Positions 19,981-29,770 of a DNA stretch of 64,000 nt are shown here, piece by piece. Every line of letters begins with the position of its first letter. Position 1 is the first letter of the stretch. Origin of the DNA: an uncultured Christensenella sp. (lineage in GTDB: Bacteria > Bacillota > Clostridia > Christensenellales > Borkfalkiaceae); contig CAJUHC010000001.1 of the NCBI GenBank assembly GCA_910586345.1, positions 38,164 to 102,163 of the forward strand. Reading direction: 5' to 3'. The notes beneath the pieces are model-generated. The model was not told the DNA's origin, ran no database searches, and saw nothing but the letters and a program-made list of their open reading frames with translations. The translations under genes were made by a program, and so were the position numbers.

Positions 19981-22342
19981 CTTCCGCCTCGGGTTTCACA
20001 GTATCGTTTTCAGGTTTCTTTCTGAAAATATCCTTAACTTTATCTATGAAACCTTTCTTTACAAGCTTCGCCTCTTCTTCAGCGTTCCTCTGCTCCTCTT
20101 CGTATTTGCGTTCGAGCATCTGAACGTCTTCTTCGGTATTATATAGGTGGCACGCGCAGAAATGACCCTTTTCCACTTCCTTATAGATAGGCGCTATACG
20201 TCCGCAAATTTCCATACAACTGTCGCATCTGGTATGGAATTTACATCCCTTGGGAGGATTAACAGGCGAAGGTATGTCTCCTTTGAGAATAATTCTGTTC
20301 ATTTTCACATTCGGGTCGGGAACGGGAACAGCCGAGAACAGCGCGCGAGTATACGGATGAAGCGTATTTTCGAATATGGATTCCTTGCTTCCGTATTCTA
20401 CTAAACTGCCGAGGTACATAACACCGACTTCGTCGGAAATATGCTTAACAACGGAAAGGTCGTGAGAAATAAATATATACGTAAGACCGAGCGATTTTCT
20501 CAGTTCGATAAGCATATTGATTATCTGAGCCTGAATGGATACGTCGAGCGCGGATACAGGCTCGTCGCATATGACGAGTTCGGGTTTAAGCGCGAGAGCG
20601 CGCGCTATACATATTCTCTGCCTCTGTCCGCCCGAGAACTCGTGCGGATACCTTTCGAAATAATGCGGTTGAAGTCCGCACATCTTCATTACGCTGATTA
20701 TATAATCGTGATACTCTTCTTTGGAAACGAGCTTGTGCTGTTTAACCGCTTCGCCGATTATATCGCCGACGGTAAGTCTAGGCGAAAGACTCGCGTACGG
20801 GTCTTGGAAAATCATCTGCATATTCGGACGCAGTTTATCGAACTCGCGGTTTCCGAGCGAGGAAATCTTCTTACCCTTAAACCAAACTTCTCCGCTCGTA
20901 ACGTCGTACAGTCTTAAAATGGTTCTGCCCATTGTAGTCTTTCCGCATCCGCTTTCGCCGACTATACCGAGCGTCTTACCTTTTTCGAGCTTAAACGTTA
21001 CGTTATCTACCGCCTTCAAAGTTTTGGTAGGCCTGCCGAAGAAATCTTTGCCTATAACGAAATGCTGTGACAGCGCGTCTATTTCGAGGAAAGCTTTTTC
21101 GCTTGCGCACTCCTCAGCCGCCGCCTGCTCGGCCTTTTTACCCGCAACCGAAACCAACAGAGGATAACAAGCCGTAAGCACTACAACAGCGAGCGCCAAT
21201 ACACTGATAATAACAGGTATTACAGCCGAAATCCTGATAACGCACAGTTCTCTTACTATATCGTAAGTACTGTCGTCTATTATCTTATCGACTATAGCTA
21301 CCGTAATATTGAATCCGCCCGCGGTTCTTATATATTTTATCTGTTCGGTGCCTTGAACGACTACGTCTTTCGTAGCAAGATTGCCTAATATATCGGAAAA
21401 GAAACCGCCCGCAACCGCCGCTATTATCATAATAAGCAACGTCAGCGCAAAAGCAATTACGTAGAAAACCAAATCGTTCTTTTTATTTGAAAACAGAACG
21501 GAAACGTTGTCTGCGGTCAATACCGCGAACAAAACGGAAATTATCGCGAGAAGCAGGAAACCCGCCGACGACGTCGAAGCAAGCGAGGATAGTTTATCTC
21601 CGCTATAACCTGCCGTACCGTTTATCAAAAGCTGTATAAAACTGCTTTTCGTCACCGCGCCGTTCGCTCCGACTTCAACGAGCGGAGCAGACGCAAGCCC
21701 TAATATGACCGCTAGTACAGCTATACGCGCAAGCGAATAAATAAACTTGACAAGATTGACTCTGTCTTTCAAATATCCGCGGTTAATTAATGCTTTAAAT
21801 ACGTAATAGGTACAGAAAACAGCGCTCGTAAGCGTAAGCCCGCAAACCGTAGCCGCGTTATAACCCGTTCGCGTAACCGTGTCTCCGCTTTTTATTATTA
21901 CGCAGTTTAACGCATAAAACAACGCTGAAAACACTGCGTACGAAAGGTAAGTCAATAACGCGAAGAATTCAATATTGCACTCTTTTTTGTACGCATATTT
22001 AAGCACCGCCTTGTATACCGTAATGCCTGCGGAAGCTATAACCGCGAGCAATCCGAAAATCGTGAGAAGCATACCCGAAAGCATAACCGCACGAGCGGCT
22101 TCTTTCGCCGCGCCCGTTAAAAGCGATACAGAATTTATATAATCGCCGTCGAAAAAGCGGTAAATAAAATAATCGGGTAAACCTTCCGCGTTCGAAGAAA
22201 CGCCTATAAGGAAAGTGAATAATAATGCAAGCCCCGCACCCGCGAGAGCAATGAAAGGTGAAATTTTAGGCAATAAATCCAAAAATCTTGATTTAGCGGA
22301 TTTAACTTCGCCAACAGTAACAGAATTAACTTCGTCAGCCAT
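19964..22342 (-). CDS. OppF/DppF-type ABC ATPase fused to an N-terminal polytopic membrane domain of about 420 aa
   Basis: 792 aa. Residues 1 to about 420 contain roughly 8 hydrophobic helices. These are followed by Walker A GESGCGKTT, the signature FSGGQRQR, Walker B LVICDEPVSALD and an Opp-type C-terminal Cys motif. The ATG overlaps the OppD stop. Confidence 0.8.
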   Translation of the reverse strand: MADEVNSVTVGEVKSAKSRFLDLLPKISPFIALAGAGLALLFTFLIGVSSNAEGLPDYFIYRFFDGDYINSVSLLTGAAKEAARAVMLSGMLLTIFGLLAVIASAGITVYKAVLKYAYKKECNIEFFALLTYLSYAVFSALFYALNCVIIKSGDTVTRTGYNAATVCGLTLTSAVFCTYYVFKALINRGYLKDRVNLVKFIYSLARIAVLAVILGLASAPLVEVGANGAVTKSSFIQLLINGTAGYSGDKLSSLASTSSAGFLLLAIISVLFAVLTADNVSVLFSNKKNDLVFYVIAFALTLLIMIIAAVAGGFFSDILGNLATKDVVVQGTEQIKYIRTAGGFNITVAIVDKIIDDSTYDIVRELCVIRISAVIPVIISVLALAVVVLTACYPLLVSVAGKKAEQAAAEECASEKAFLEIDALSQHFVIGKDFFGRPTKTLKAVDNVTFKLEKGKTLGIVGESGCGKTTMGRTILRLYDVTSGEVWFKGKKISSLGNREFDKLRPNMQMIFQDPYASLSPRLTVGDIIGEAVKQHKLVSKEEYHDYIISVMKMCGLQPHYFERYPHEFSGGQRQRICIARALALKPELVICDEPVSALDVSIQAQIINMLIELRKSLGLTYIFISHDLSVVKHISDEVGVMYLGSLVEYGSKESIFENTLHPYTRALFSAVPVPDPNVKMNRIILKGDIPSPVNPPKGCKFHTRCDSCMEICGRIAPIYKEVEKGHFCACHLYNTEEDVQMLERKYEEEQRNAEEEAKLVKKGFIDKVKDIFRKKPENDTVKPEAEDVPKE

Positions 22343-23639
22343 TTTTTACCTCCGCTTTGCCTTCGTATAAATAGCAGGATACGCTGTGCGTATCGGTTAT
22401 CTTCATAAGTCCTGGATATTCGCCCGAACATTTTTCAATACATTTTTCGCATCTGTCGCGGAAATAACAGTAATCGGGCATATTTATGGGATTGGGAACA
22501 AACCCGGGAATACAATAGAGCTCGTCCACTTTCTGGTCTACCGTCGGTTTACTCTTCTGCAAACCGATAGTGTAAGGATGCATAGGACGGTGGAAAATAT
22601 CCTCCGCGGTACCCATTTCTATTACCTTGCCCGCATACATTACGACTACGAAATCAGCCATTTCGGCAACCACGCCCAAGTCGTGCGTGATAAGCATAAT
22701 AGAACCGTTAATCTTACTTTTTATTTCTCTTAAAAGGTCGAGTATCTGAGCCTGTATAGTAACGTCCAAAGCGGTCGTGGGCTCGTCCGCGACTATCAGT
22801 TTCGGGTTGCACAGAAGAGCTATGGCTATCATAACTCTCTGGCGCATACCTCCGGAAAGTTCGTGCGGATATTTCTTATAAACGCCTTCGGGGTCGGCTA
22901 TGCCGACGAGTTTAAGCATTTCGATACTGCGCTCTTTTACCTTTTGTTTGGAAATACCTTCAATATGAAGTTTTCCGACTTCGTCAAGCTGGTTTCCTAT
23001 GGTAAACACGGGATTAAGCGAGGTCATAGGCTCCTGGAAAATCATTGCGATTTCCCTGCCCCTTATGGAACGCATAGCTTCCGTCGGCATTTTCGCAATG
23101 TCGATAACCTGCCTCTCCATCTCGTACATATTGCCGCCGAGCTCGTTTTTCTTGATTATCTTCTTACCTTTTTCATCGGTCTTGATTCGTTCGTTTCCGT
23201 CCGCATCCGTTTCCGTTTCGTAAACGGGAATTTTTTTACCGCGCTCGTCGCGCTTGAACATATCCGCGCGGAACCTAATAGAACCGCTCACTATCTGACC
23301 GCTCGGTGCCTGAACAAGCTGCATTAACGAAAGCGAAGTTACGCTTTTTCCGCATCCGCTCTCGCCCACTACGCCAACCGTCGAACCGGCGGGGACCGAA
23401 AACGATACTCCGTTTACGGCTTTTACCGTACCCGCATCCGAAAAGAAGTAGGTATGTAAATCCTCGAATTCTACGATATTTTTATCGTCCTTCATTTGCG
23501 TCACATACTCTTCGGGACGGACTTTGCGTTTTTTCTGTTTTTCGAATTTTTTAATCGCCTTGGAATTTTCCTTTGCTATCGCGCGGGATTCCGAACGGGA
23601 TATATAATGCTTTTTAAAATCTTTTTTATTGTCAGCCAT
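22335..23639 (-). CDS. OppD/DppD-type ABC ATPase with an N-terminal extension and an internal insertion
   Basis: Walker [10 protein letters not shown], signature LSGGMRQR and Walker [14 protein letters not shown] charged insert of about 45 aa ([37 protein letters not shown]...) lies before the Q-loop. Confidence 0.85.
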   Translation of the reverse strand: MADNKKDFKKHYISRSESRAIAKENSKAIKKFEKQKKRKVRPEEYVTQMKDDKNIVEFEDLHTYFFSDAGTVKAVNGVSFSVPAGSTVGVVGESGCGKSVTSLSLMQLVQAPSGQIVSGSIRFRADMFKRDERGKKIPVYETETDADGNERIKTDEKGKKIIKKNELGGNMYEMERQVIDIAKMPTEAMRSIRGREIAMIFQEPMTSLNPVFTIGNQLDEVGKLHIEGISKQKVKERSIEMLKLVGIADPEGVYKKYPHELSGGMRQRVMIAIALLCNPKLIVADEPTTALDVTIQAQILDLLREIKSKINGSIMLITHDLGVVAEMADFVVVMYAGKVIEMGTAEDIFHRPMHPYTIGLQKSKPTVDQKVDELYCIPGFVPNPINMPDYCYFRDRCEKCIEKCSGEYPGLMKITDTHSVSCYLYEGKAEVKNG

Positions 23640-23643
23640 TATA

Positions 23644-24708
23644 TTACCTCTTCATTTTAGGGTCGAACGCATCGCGCAGACCGTCGCCCACGAAGTTGAA
23701 CGCAAGAACCGCAAGCGTTATGCAGACGCCCGCGCCGAGCCACATATTCGGATAGAAATTACGGAATCTCTCCTCGCTCGCAAGCTCTATTATATTGCCC
23801 CAGGTAGCTGTACCCAAAGGCGCGCCGAGACCTAAGAAGCCCAAAGTCGCTTCCATCAGTATTACGCCGCCGAGTCCCATCGTCATAGAAACGACGAGCT
23901 GGGGAATTATATTAGGCAATAAGTGTTTGAATATCTTTTTGCCCGTGGACATACCCGAACATTTCGCCGCAAGCATAAATTCCTGCTCTCTCAACGAAAG
24001 TATCTGTCCTCGGACAAGACGGGCAATTCCCGCCCAGCCTATAAGCGTTATGAACACCATCATACAGTATAGTTTCGCTATGCTCGTTATTTCCCAGAAC
24101 ACCGCGGATAATATCAAAAGAATCGGCAGCGACGGAATACAGCTCAATATATCGACCAAACGCATTATAAGCTGGTCAATCCAACCGCCGAAATATCCCG
24201 CGATACTTCCGAGCAGAACTCCTAAAAGAGTTTCGAGCAAAATCACTATAAAACCTATCGTAAGCGATATTCTTCCGCCGTACATAAGACGGGTTAAAAC
24301 GTCGTAACCGTGTTCGTCCGTTCCGAGCCAGTGACTTGCAGACGGCGCGCCGTAAGCTACATAGTCAAAAGCGTTTACGTCAACAGTCCCGCTGTACGCG
24401 TAATAAATTTCGCCGTCGACGACGTATTCTATCGTGTTAGGCGTAAACACGTCGTAACCGTGCGAATAATCTCTGACCGTTCCGCCGTCTCCGCCCCAGG
24501 GCGAAATAAGCGGACCTATGAACGAGAAAGCAAATAAAAATATTATTACGGCTAAACCTATAATCGAAAGTTTGGAACGGAAAAAACGCTTTGCAACGGT
24601 TGCCGCGGGCGACAGAACCTTAACTCTGTCCGTAAGATTTTCGCCGTGGAGATTATCGTTGAAATTTTCGTTTCCGGAAACTTCTTCGGTCTTTATTTCT
24701 TCTTCCAT
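23644..24708 (-). CDS. ABC peptide/nickel-type permease (OppC-like)
   Basis: 354 aa, polytopic, with a BPD-transporter EAA-like region (LREQEFMLAAKCSGMSTGKKIFKHLLPN). Confidence 0.85.
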   Translation of the reverse strand: MEEEIKTEEVSGNENFNDNLHGENLTDRVKVLSPAATVAKRFFRSKLSIIGLAVIIFLFAFSFIGPLISPWGGDGGTVRDYSHGYDVFTPNTIEYVVDGEIYYAYSGTVDVNAFDYVAYGAPSASHWLGTDEHGYDVLTRLMYGGRISLTIGFIVILLETLLGVLLGSIAGYFGGWIDQLIMRLVDILSCIPSLPILLILSAVFWEITSIAKLYCMMVFITLIGWAGIARLVRGQILSLREQEFMLAAKCSGMSTGKKIFKHLLPNIIPQLVVSMTMGLGGVILMEATLGFLGLGAPLGTATWGNIIELASEERFRNFYPNMWLGAGVCITLAVLAFNFVGDGLRDAFDPKMKR

Positions 24709-24717
24709 AATCTCCTC

Positions 24718-25719
24718 CTATTTAACGAGTTTGACTCTCGGGTCAACAACCGCATACATAATATCCGCAAGCAAAGTACCCAGCACCGTTAAAAGCGCAA
24801 GGAACATATTGTAGCCCATAATCAGGTTAATATCTCCCTGCGACAGCGCTTTGTACGCCGCGTTTCCGATTCCGTCGATATTGAATATCGTCTCGGTTAT
24901 CATCGCTCCGCCGAACAACGTCGGCAGAGTAAACGAAAGCGTCGTTATCAAAGGTATAAGCGTGTTTCTGAATACGTGCTTATATATGACTTTTCCGTTG
25001 GAAAGTCCTTTTGCGCGCGCCGTTCTTATGTAGTCCGCGTTCAGAACTTCCAAAGTGTTCGTTCTCGTATATCTCATAAGCGCGCCCATATCTATGACTA
25101 CCATAACGAGTATGGGCAAAATCAAATGCCATATAATATCTCCGAACCTTACGAACCAGCTCGCATCCTTGGGAATATCCAAAGATTCGAGACCGCTCAT
25201 AGGGTCGAACCAGCCGAGGTCGACGGCAAACCATTTAATAAGCATATTGCCGAGGAAGAACGACGGGAACGAGATACCTATCATACACAGGAAAGTTACC
25301 GTATAGTCAAGCTTGCCGTACTGGTTGCAAGCACATTTAATTCCGAGCGGAATAGCTATAATAAGCTCTATGATAAGCGAAACGAACGCTATTGCGAACG
25401 AAATACCCATTTTATTGCCTATAACTTCCGTTACGGGCACGTTTTCAATAAACGCTTTACCGAGATTGCCTTTGAGAAAATTCGAGAGCCAGTTCCAATA
25501 TCCTTTTAAAATTCCGAGGAAACTGTTATCGTCGAGTCCGTAAAGCGCTAAAAGATTGTTGTAATCTTCGTCAGTAAGTCCCGAGTTCTGCCTTAAAGCC
25601 GCGAACTTCTGTTCTACGTAGTTAGAAGGCATACACCTTACGAGGAAATACAGTATTACCGAAACGCCGAACAAAATAAGTATCGCCAGCAGTATTCTTT
25701 TGATTATATATTTGACCAT
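24718..25719 (-). CDS. ABC peptide/nickel-type permease (OppB-like)
   Basis: 333 aa. Starts MVKYIIKRILLAILILFGVSVILYFL and contains ADYIRTARAKGLSNGKVIYKHVFRN, the classic OppB/DppB pattern. Confidence 0.85.
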   Translation of the reverse strand: MVKYIIKRILLAILILFGVSVILYFLVRCMPSNYVEQKFAALRQNSGLTDEDYNNLLALYGLDDNSFLGILKGYWNWLSNFLKGNLGKAFIENVPVTEVIGNKMGISFAIAFVSLIIELIIAIPLGIKCACNQYGKLDYTVTFLCMIGISFPSFFLGNMLIKWFAVDLGWFDPMSGLESLDIPKDASWFVRFGDIIWHLILPILVMVVIDMGALMRYTRTNTLEVLNADYIRTARAKGLSNGKVIYKHVFRNTLIPLITTLSFTLPTLFGGAMITETIFNIDGIGNAAYKALSQGDINLIMGYNMFLALLTVLGTLLADIMYAVVDPRVKLVK

Positions 25720-25802
25720 ATATTACCCTAATCGTTTTTTTACCGTCCGCGCCAGTACACGTTTTTGCAAAGGCGCGGAGGTATATTTTGTTTTAGTATA
25801 AA

Positions 25803-28496
25803 TTAAACGTAATCGATTTCCCAGATTTTATCGAAAAGTCCCATATTGAAGGAAGGATTTTTTACGAGCGAATTCGCGTCTATAACCTTCTTATTGTACA
25901 CGCACATATCGTTACGCTGATAGGTAGGGAATTCGACTGCAAGGTCCATAATAAGGTCAAGGCATTCTTTGTAAATTTCAGCGCGTTTATTTCTCGAAGT
26001 AGTTGCTCTGCCCTCTTCTATTTTGTCGCTGAGCATACCCTCTCCCGCTATAATGTTATATTCGTAACTCCATTTCGTTTGGTCGTTGAGAATATTCTTA
26101 TAGTTCCAGTTGAGAACGCTCGTGGCTCCGCTGTCTTTATGATAAACCTGATAGGGGTCGGGGTCTATCGAAGACGACCAAGCCGCAGCCCAAACCGCAA
26201 GGTTGCCCGTCGCGAGGTCTTTAAGCGCGTTCGCCGCTTTGTTTACGTTAATGTCAAAGCCTATTCCGTTGAGAATATCGCGGGCGTCAAGGAACATTCT
26301 GTATGCAGGGTGGTTCGTCGTTTCGCCTGCGATTATGAACGACAATTTCAAAGTGGTGCCTTTCTTTGCGTTAGCCATACCCCGCTTTTCTTCGGTCTTG
26401 GTGTAAATACCGTTTTGAAGAGTATATCCGGCGGACTCGACGAGGTCTTTTATTTCCTGTATATCGCTAAAATACGCTACTTTGTCATATTCCTGGTTAA
26501 TCGGGTCCTGCGGAGTCGTATTTTCGTAAACCCAGGAAGTTTTCGTCATAGGTCTGCGGAGAACCGAAGCCAAATCCGTACCGTAATAAGAGAGAGTTTT
26601 GTTTGCGTCCATCACCTTCATTATAGCCTGTCTGACAGGGTATTCAGGTACGAATTTGGGGTTGATGCCGACGTAACCGTAACCGCCGGTAGGATAGTGT
26701 TTTTCATCAAGAAAATCTTTGCTTTTATCTACCGTCTGCATATTAGTATAAGTCGCGCTCGGCATACCGAAATCTATCGACTGCGAAGTAAGGTCGGACA
26801 TAATCTGGTCGTCGGATGCAACCTTATAGTCGACGTATTTTATCTTTGCATTGTTAATTCCCGTACCAAGCGTTTCGAAATTTGAGTTGCGCACGAAATG
26901 CACTACGGAATTGCTGTAAAATTCGCTCTTCTTGTCGGTTACGTTTCCGCTACCGTTTGCCGCCGCATAGGGACCTGCGCCGACGGGAACTCCGACTCTC
27001 GAAGAATCCTGCAACATATCCATAAACTTGGGCTCGCCGACTTCAACGCCGAAACAGTAATTACCCTTTTCGTCGGGAGTTTTATAATACTTATGCGCGT
27101 CCGCAACGTAATCTTTGCCTTCCCACGTTCCGGAATAATAGTGTAAAGGCGCAACCGCGAACGAGAAGTTGTAAATAGCCTTGGGGTCGACTCCGTTTAT
27201 AACGATTTTAAGAACCGAATATTCGGAATCCGTGAAAGATTCACCTATTTTACCGTTAAAGTCGGAAAGCTGAGAACCCGAACGCGTTTCCGCGGAAATA
27301 CCGCTTATCTTGCTTACGCCTTTGCCGTCCTCTTTTTGCTGTTTGAAGAATATCGCGCGCTGTTCGTTCGTGAACTGTTCAAGTATGGTTGTAGCCGTCT
27401 TGAAATACGTCAAAGCATCCGCCAACTCCGACTGCGGAGTATTGTTATAGCAAGCAACGTAAGCGTTGTAAACAAGCTCTATGGCTGTATTTTTGATTTG
27501 TTCTTCGTTGTTTCCCGCTTTCGCTATTTCGTCAATAAAGTGCTGAGCGGCGCACTCGCCCACGGTACCGCCGGACGAATTGCCCGCCTGCCAAGGGTCG
27601 AGAGTAGTAAAATATCTTCCTTCTTCGTCCTCGATTTTGGACTGGGAACCGTTTTCGTTGAGCCGATACTGGTCAGCTATAAGTCCTTCGCTGTATAAGA
27701 ACGCCTGCCAAGCCGCGGTAAAACGGTTGGTATCTTTGTACGTATCTTTCCAAGTCGAATAAATATCGTTCCAGTCGGAAGTAATCTCTTCTCTGAAAGC
27801 TTTCTGAACGGCTTGAAGGTCGGCAAGAGCTTTCTTTCCGTCTTCGGTAGTAAAGTCTATTGCGAATTCCGATTTGCCGGTAGACCAGTTTACGAGTTTC
27901 TGAATTCTGTCGTAAGCTTCGCCTCTGAATTTCGCATCCGTATCCTCACCCGAACCGTCGGCTATAGTCAAATCCTGAGCACGGTATGCTTTCAGTCCCT
28001 GAATATCGGTTGAATAAATCGTGGAAGAACCAGTGTACGCGGGGTCGAGATAAACATAGAGATTGAAGAGAACGTCTACAATAGACAGTTCATTACCGTC
28101 ACTGAATTTAATTCCGTTTTTTATTACGAATTCGTATTCTGTTCTGCCGATTTTTTCGTCGCCCTGTTCGTCTGTAACGATACCGTTTTCTACGCTGTAC
28201 TTGGTTTCTTTATAGTCAAGCACTACGGTAGGCTGGTTCTGTCCCGCTACTAGATTCCCGTTTTCGTCGGTTGTGAGCATAGCAATCTGGGTATTCGATA
28301 CCATACTGCCGTCGTTCTGTGCCGTATAAAAGAACGGGTTGAAGTTACCGTCTAATGCGCCCGTGGCAAGTCTGAGAGCGCGAGTCTCGGTATCGTTAGC
28401 CTTGGTTTTGTTAGGGTCGCGCTTACAGCCGGCCGCGCCTAAAAGCAAAGTACCGCATACGCCGGCTATAAGAATGCCTTTTAAATACTTATTCAT
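25803..28496 (-). CDS. Oversized family-5 (OppA-like) ABC substrate-binding lipoprotein
   Basis: 897 aa with lipobox LLLGAAGC. The family-5 SBP-like sequence carries long insertions. It sits directly upstream of the permease genes. Confidence 0.7.
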   Translation of the reverse strand: MNKYLKGILIAGVCGTLLLGAAGCKRDPNKTKANDTETRALRLATGALDGNFNPFFYTAQNDGSMVSNTQIAMLTTDENGNLVAGQNQPTVVLDYKETKYSVENGIVTDEQGDEKIGRTEYEFVIKNGIKFSDGNELSIVDVLFNLYVYLDPAYTGSSTIYSTDIQGLKAYRAQDLTIADGSGEDTDAKFRGEAYDRIQKLVNWSTGKSEFAIDFTTEDGKKALADLQAVQKAFREEITSDWNDIYSTWKDTYKDTNRFTAAWQAFLYSEGLIADQYRLNENGSQSKIEDEEGRYFTTLDPWQAGNSSGGTVGECAAQHFIDEIAKAGNNEEQIKNTAIELVYNAYVACYNNTPQSELADALTYFKTATTILEQFTNEQRAIFFKQQKEDGKGVSKISGISAETRSGSQLSDFNGKIGESFTDSEYSVLKIVINGVDPKAIYNFSFAVAPLHYYSGTWEGKDYVADAHKYYKTPDEKGNYCFGVEVGEPKFMDMLQDSSRVGVPVGAGPYAAANGSGNVTDKKSEFYSNSVVHFVRNSNFETLGTGINNAKIKYVDYKVASDDQIMSDLTSQSIDFGMPSATYTNMQTVDKSKDFLDEKHYPTGGYGYVGINPKFVPEYPVRQAIMKVMDANKTLSYYGTDLASVLRRPMTKTSWVYENTTPQDPINQEYDKVAYFSDIQEIKDLVESAGYTLQNGIYTKTEEKRGMANAKKGTTLKLSFIIAGETTNHPAYRMFLDARDILNGIGFDINVNKAANALKDLATGNLAVWAAAWSSSIDPDPYQVYHKDSGATSVLNWNYKNILNDQTKWSYEYNIIAGEGMLSDKIEEGRATTSRNKRAEIYKECLDLIMDLAVEFPTYQRNDMCVYNKKVIDANSLVKNPSFNMGLFDKIWEIDYV

Positions 28497-28513
28497 TGAG
28501 TTTATTCCTCCTG

Positions 28514-29770
28514 TTATTTACTGATATTTTCCGCAAGTACTTCGCCGTTTATTTTAAGTGTTGCGGCGGTTACTTTAATACCTGCTTTTTCCGTTAAATA
28601 CATATCGTCCGTTTCGTATCCGCCGAAAAGCCAATTATCGGTATTGTTATTCTGTATATTGAGTATAAGCGACGCCGACGTTACCGACAGCGAAGCGTTT
28701 TCTATTTTCAATCCGCTTATATCCGCTCCGTCGTTTCCGTGCGTTACGAGATATAAACCGTTCAGATTACTCTTAGCAGTGACGGATACTTCGATATCTT
28801 TAATGGTAAGGTCTTTTATTTTCGCCTCAGCCGCGAATCTACCGAAAATCGAGTAAGGTCCTCCGCTGATACCTAAAGATTCGAATTTGAGATTTCTTAT
28901 CGTTACGCCGTTACCCTCGATTTTTATATTGAAATTATAAGAACTGAGAGAAATTTTTCTTCCCGTGCAATCTATTTCACCGTTCGGCTCACTCGTAAAC
29001 AGATAATAGTTTCCTCCGTTTGAAGAGTTATTGAACATTGTAACTACGTTAGTTGCGTTTCTTACAACCGTCCATTTACCTTGCAGATATTTAGCGTAAA
29101 TTTTAACGTTTTCCGCGTTCGCTTCGCCGGGTTTTGCAACGCTGGTTATAGGATTAGTGCAGGCTTCGTCCGAGTAAAAGCTGAGGAAAGTCGCATCTTT
29201 CGCCGCGACAGCGTCCGTTTTCTCGCTTAAACCGTAATACTTATCGCTTCCGAAATTTACGGTTTTGAGCTTGTCGCCGTTTTTATAAACCGTATCTCCG
29301 CTCGTCACGTCAAATCCGTCGGCTACAAGATAAATTTCCAACGCGACTTTCGCGTTCCATTTGGCTCCGACGTACTTGTGTTCGCCTGCGGCGATTTTTT
29401 CTTTATCGCCGAGTTTTTTAGAAGTCAGAATAAGGTTGCCGTCTTTATCCAGAACGGGTTTTCCTTCGCCGTCAAGCTGACCGTAGTACCACGCGTCGAA
29501 ATCGTAGAAAATACGGTTTACGGAAAATTTCTCCTGTTGCGAGCTGATAATATAAGAATCGGGTTTATAATAGACGTCCATTACGGTCTTGGTATCGTTC
29601 TCATTGAAAGTACCGCCGTTGCCGTAATACGTTACGCATTGGTTCTCCGCGCCGTTGTCTTTAAGATAATCGTCCAAACTACCTTCACCCATAACGCAAC
29701 CCGCAGTAAGCGCCGCAAACATACATACGATTAATATTATCGATAATTTTATCCGCGTCTTAATTTCCAT
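28514..29770 (-). CDS. Surface lipoprotein of unknown function (possible Listeria-Bacteroides-type repeat plus a beta-rich domain)
   Basis: 418 aa with lipobox ALTAGC. The start overlaps the protease stop by 11 nt. Confidence 0.5.
   Translation of the reverse strand: MEIKTRIKLSIILIVCMFAALTAGCVMGEGSLDDYLKDNGAENQCVTYYGNGGTFNENDTKTVMDVYYKPDSYIISSQQEKFSVNRIFYDFDAWYYGQLDGEGKPVLDKDGNLILTSKKLGDKEKIAAGEHKYVGAKWNAKVALEIYLVADGFDVTSGDTVYKNGDKLKTVNFGSDKYYGLSEKTDAVAAKDATFLSFYSDEACTNPITSVAKPGEANAENVKIYAKYLQGKWTVVRNATNVVTMFNNSSNGGNYYLFTSEPNGEIDCTGRKISLSSYNFNIKIEGNGVTIRNLKFESLGISGGPYSIFGRFAAEAKIKDLTIKDIEVSVTAKSNLNGLYLVTHGNDGADISGLKIENASLSVTSASLILNIQNNNTDNWLFGGYETDDMYLTEKAGIKVTAATLKINGEVLAENISK

Noticed and set aside
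25720-25802. The GC-rich hairpin (CCGCGCC...GGCGCGG) between the binding-protein gene and oppB as a full terminator that splits the operon.
   Set aside because: On the transcribed (minus) strand it is followed by an A-run, not a U-tract. It more likely acts as an mRNA-stabilising or attenuating hairpin, as is common after SBP genes. I did not call it as a terminator.
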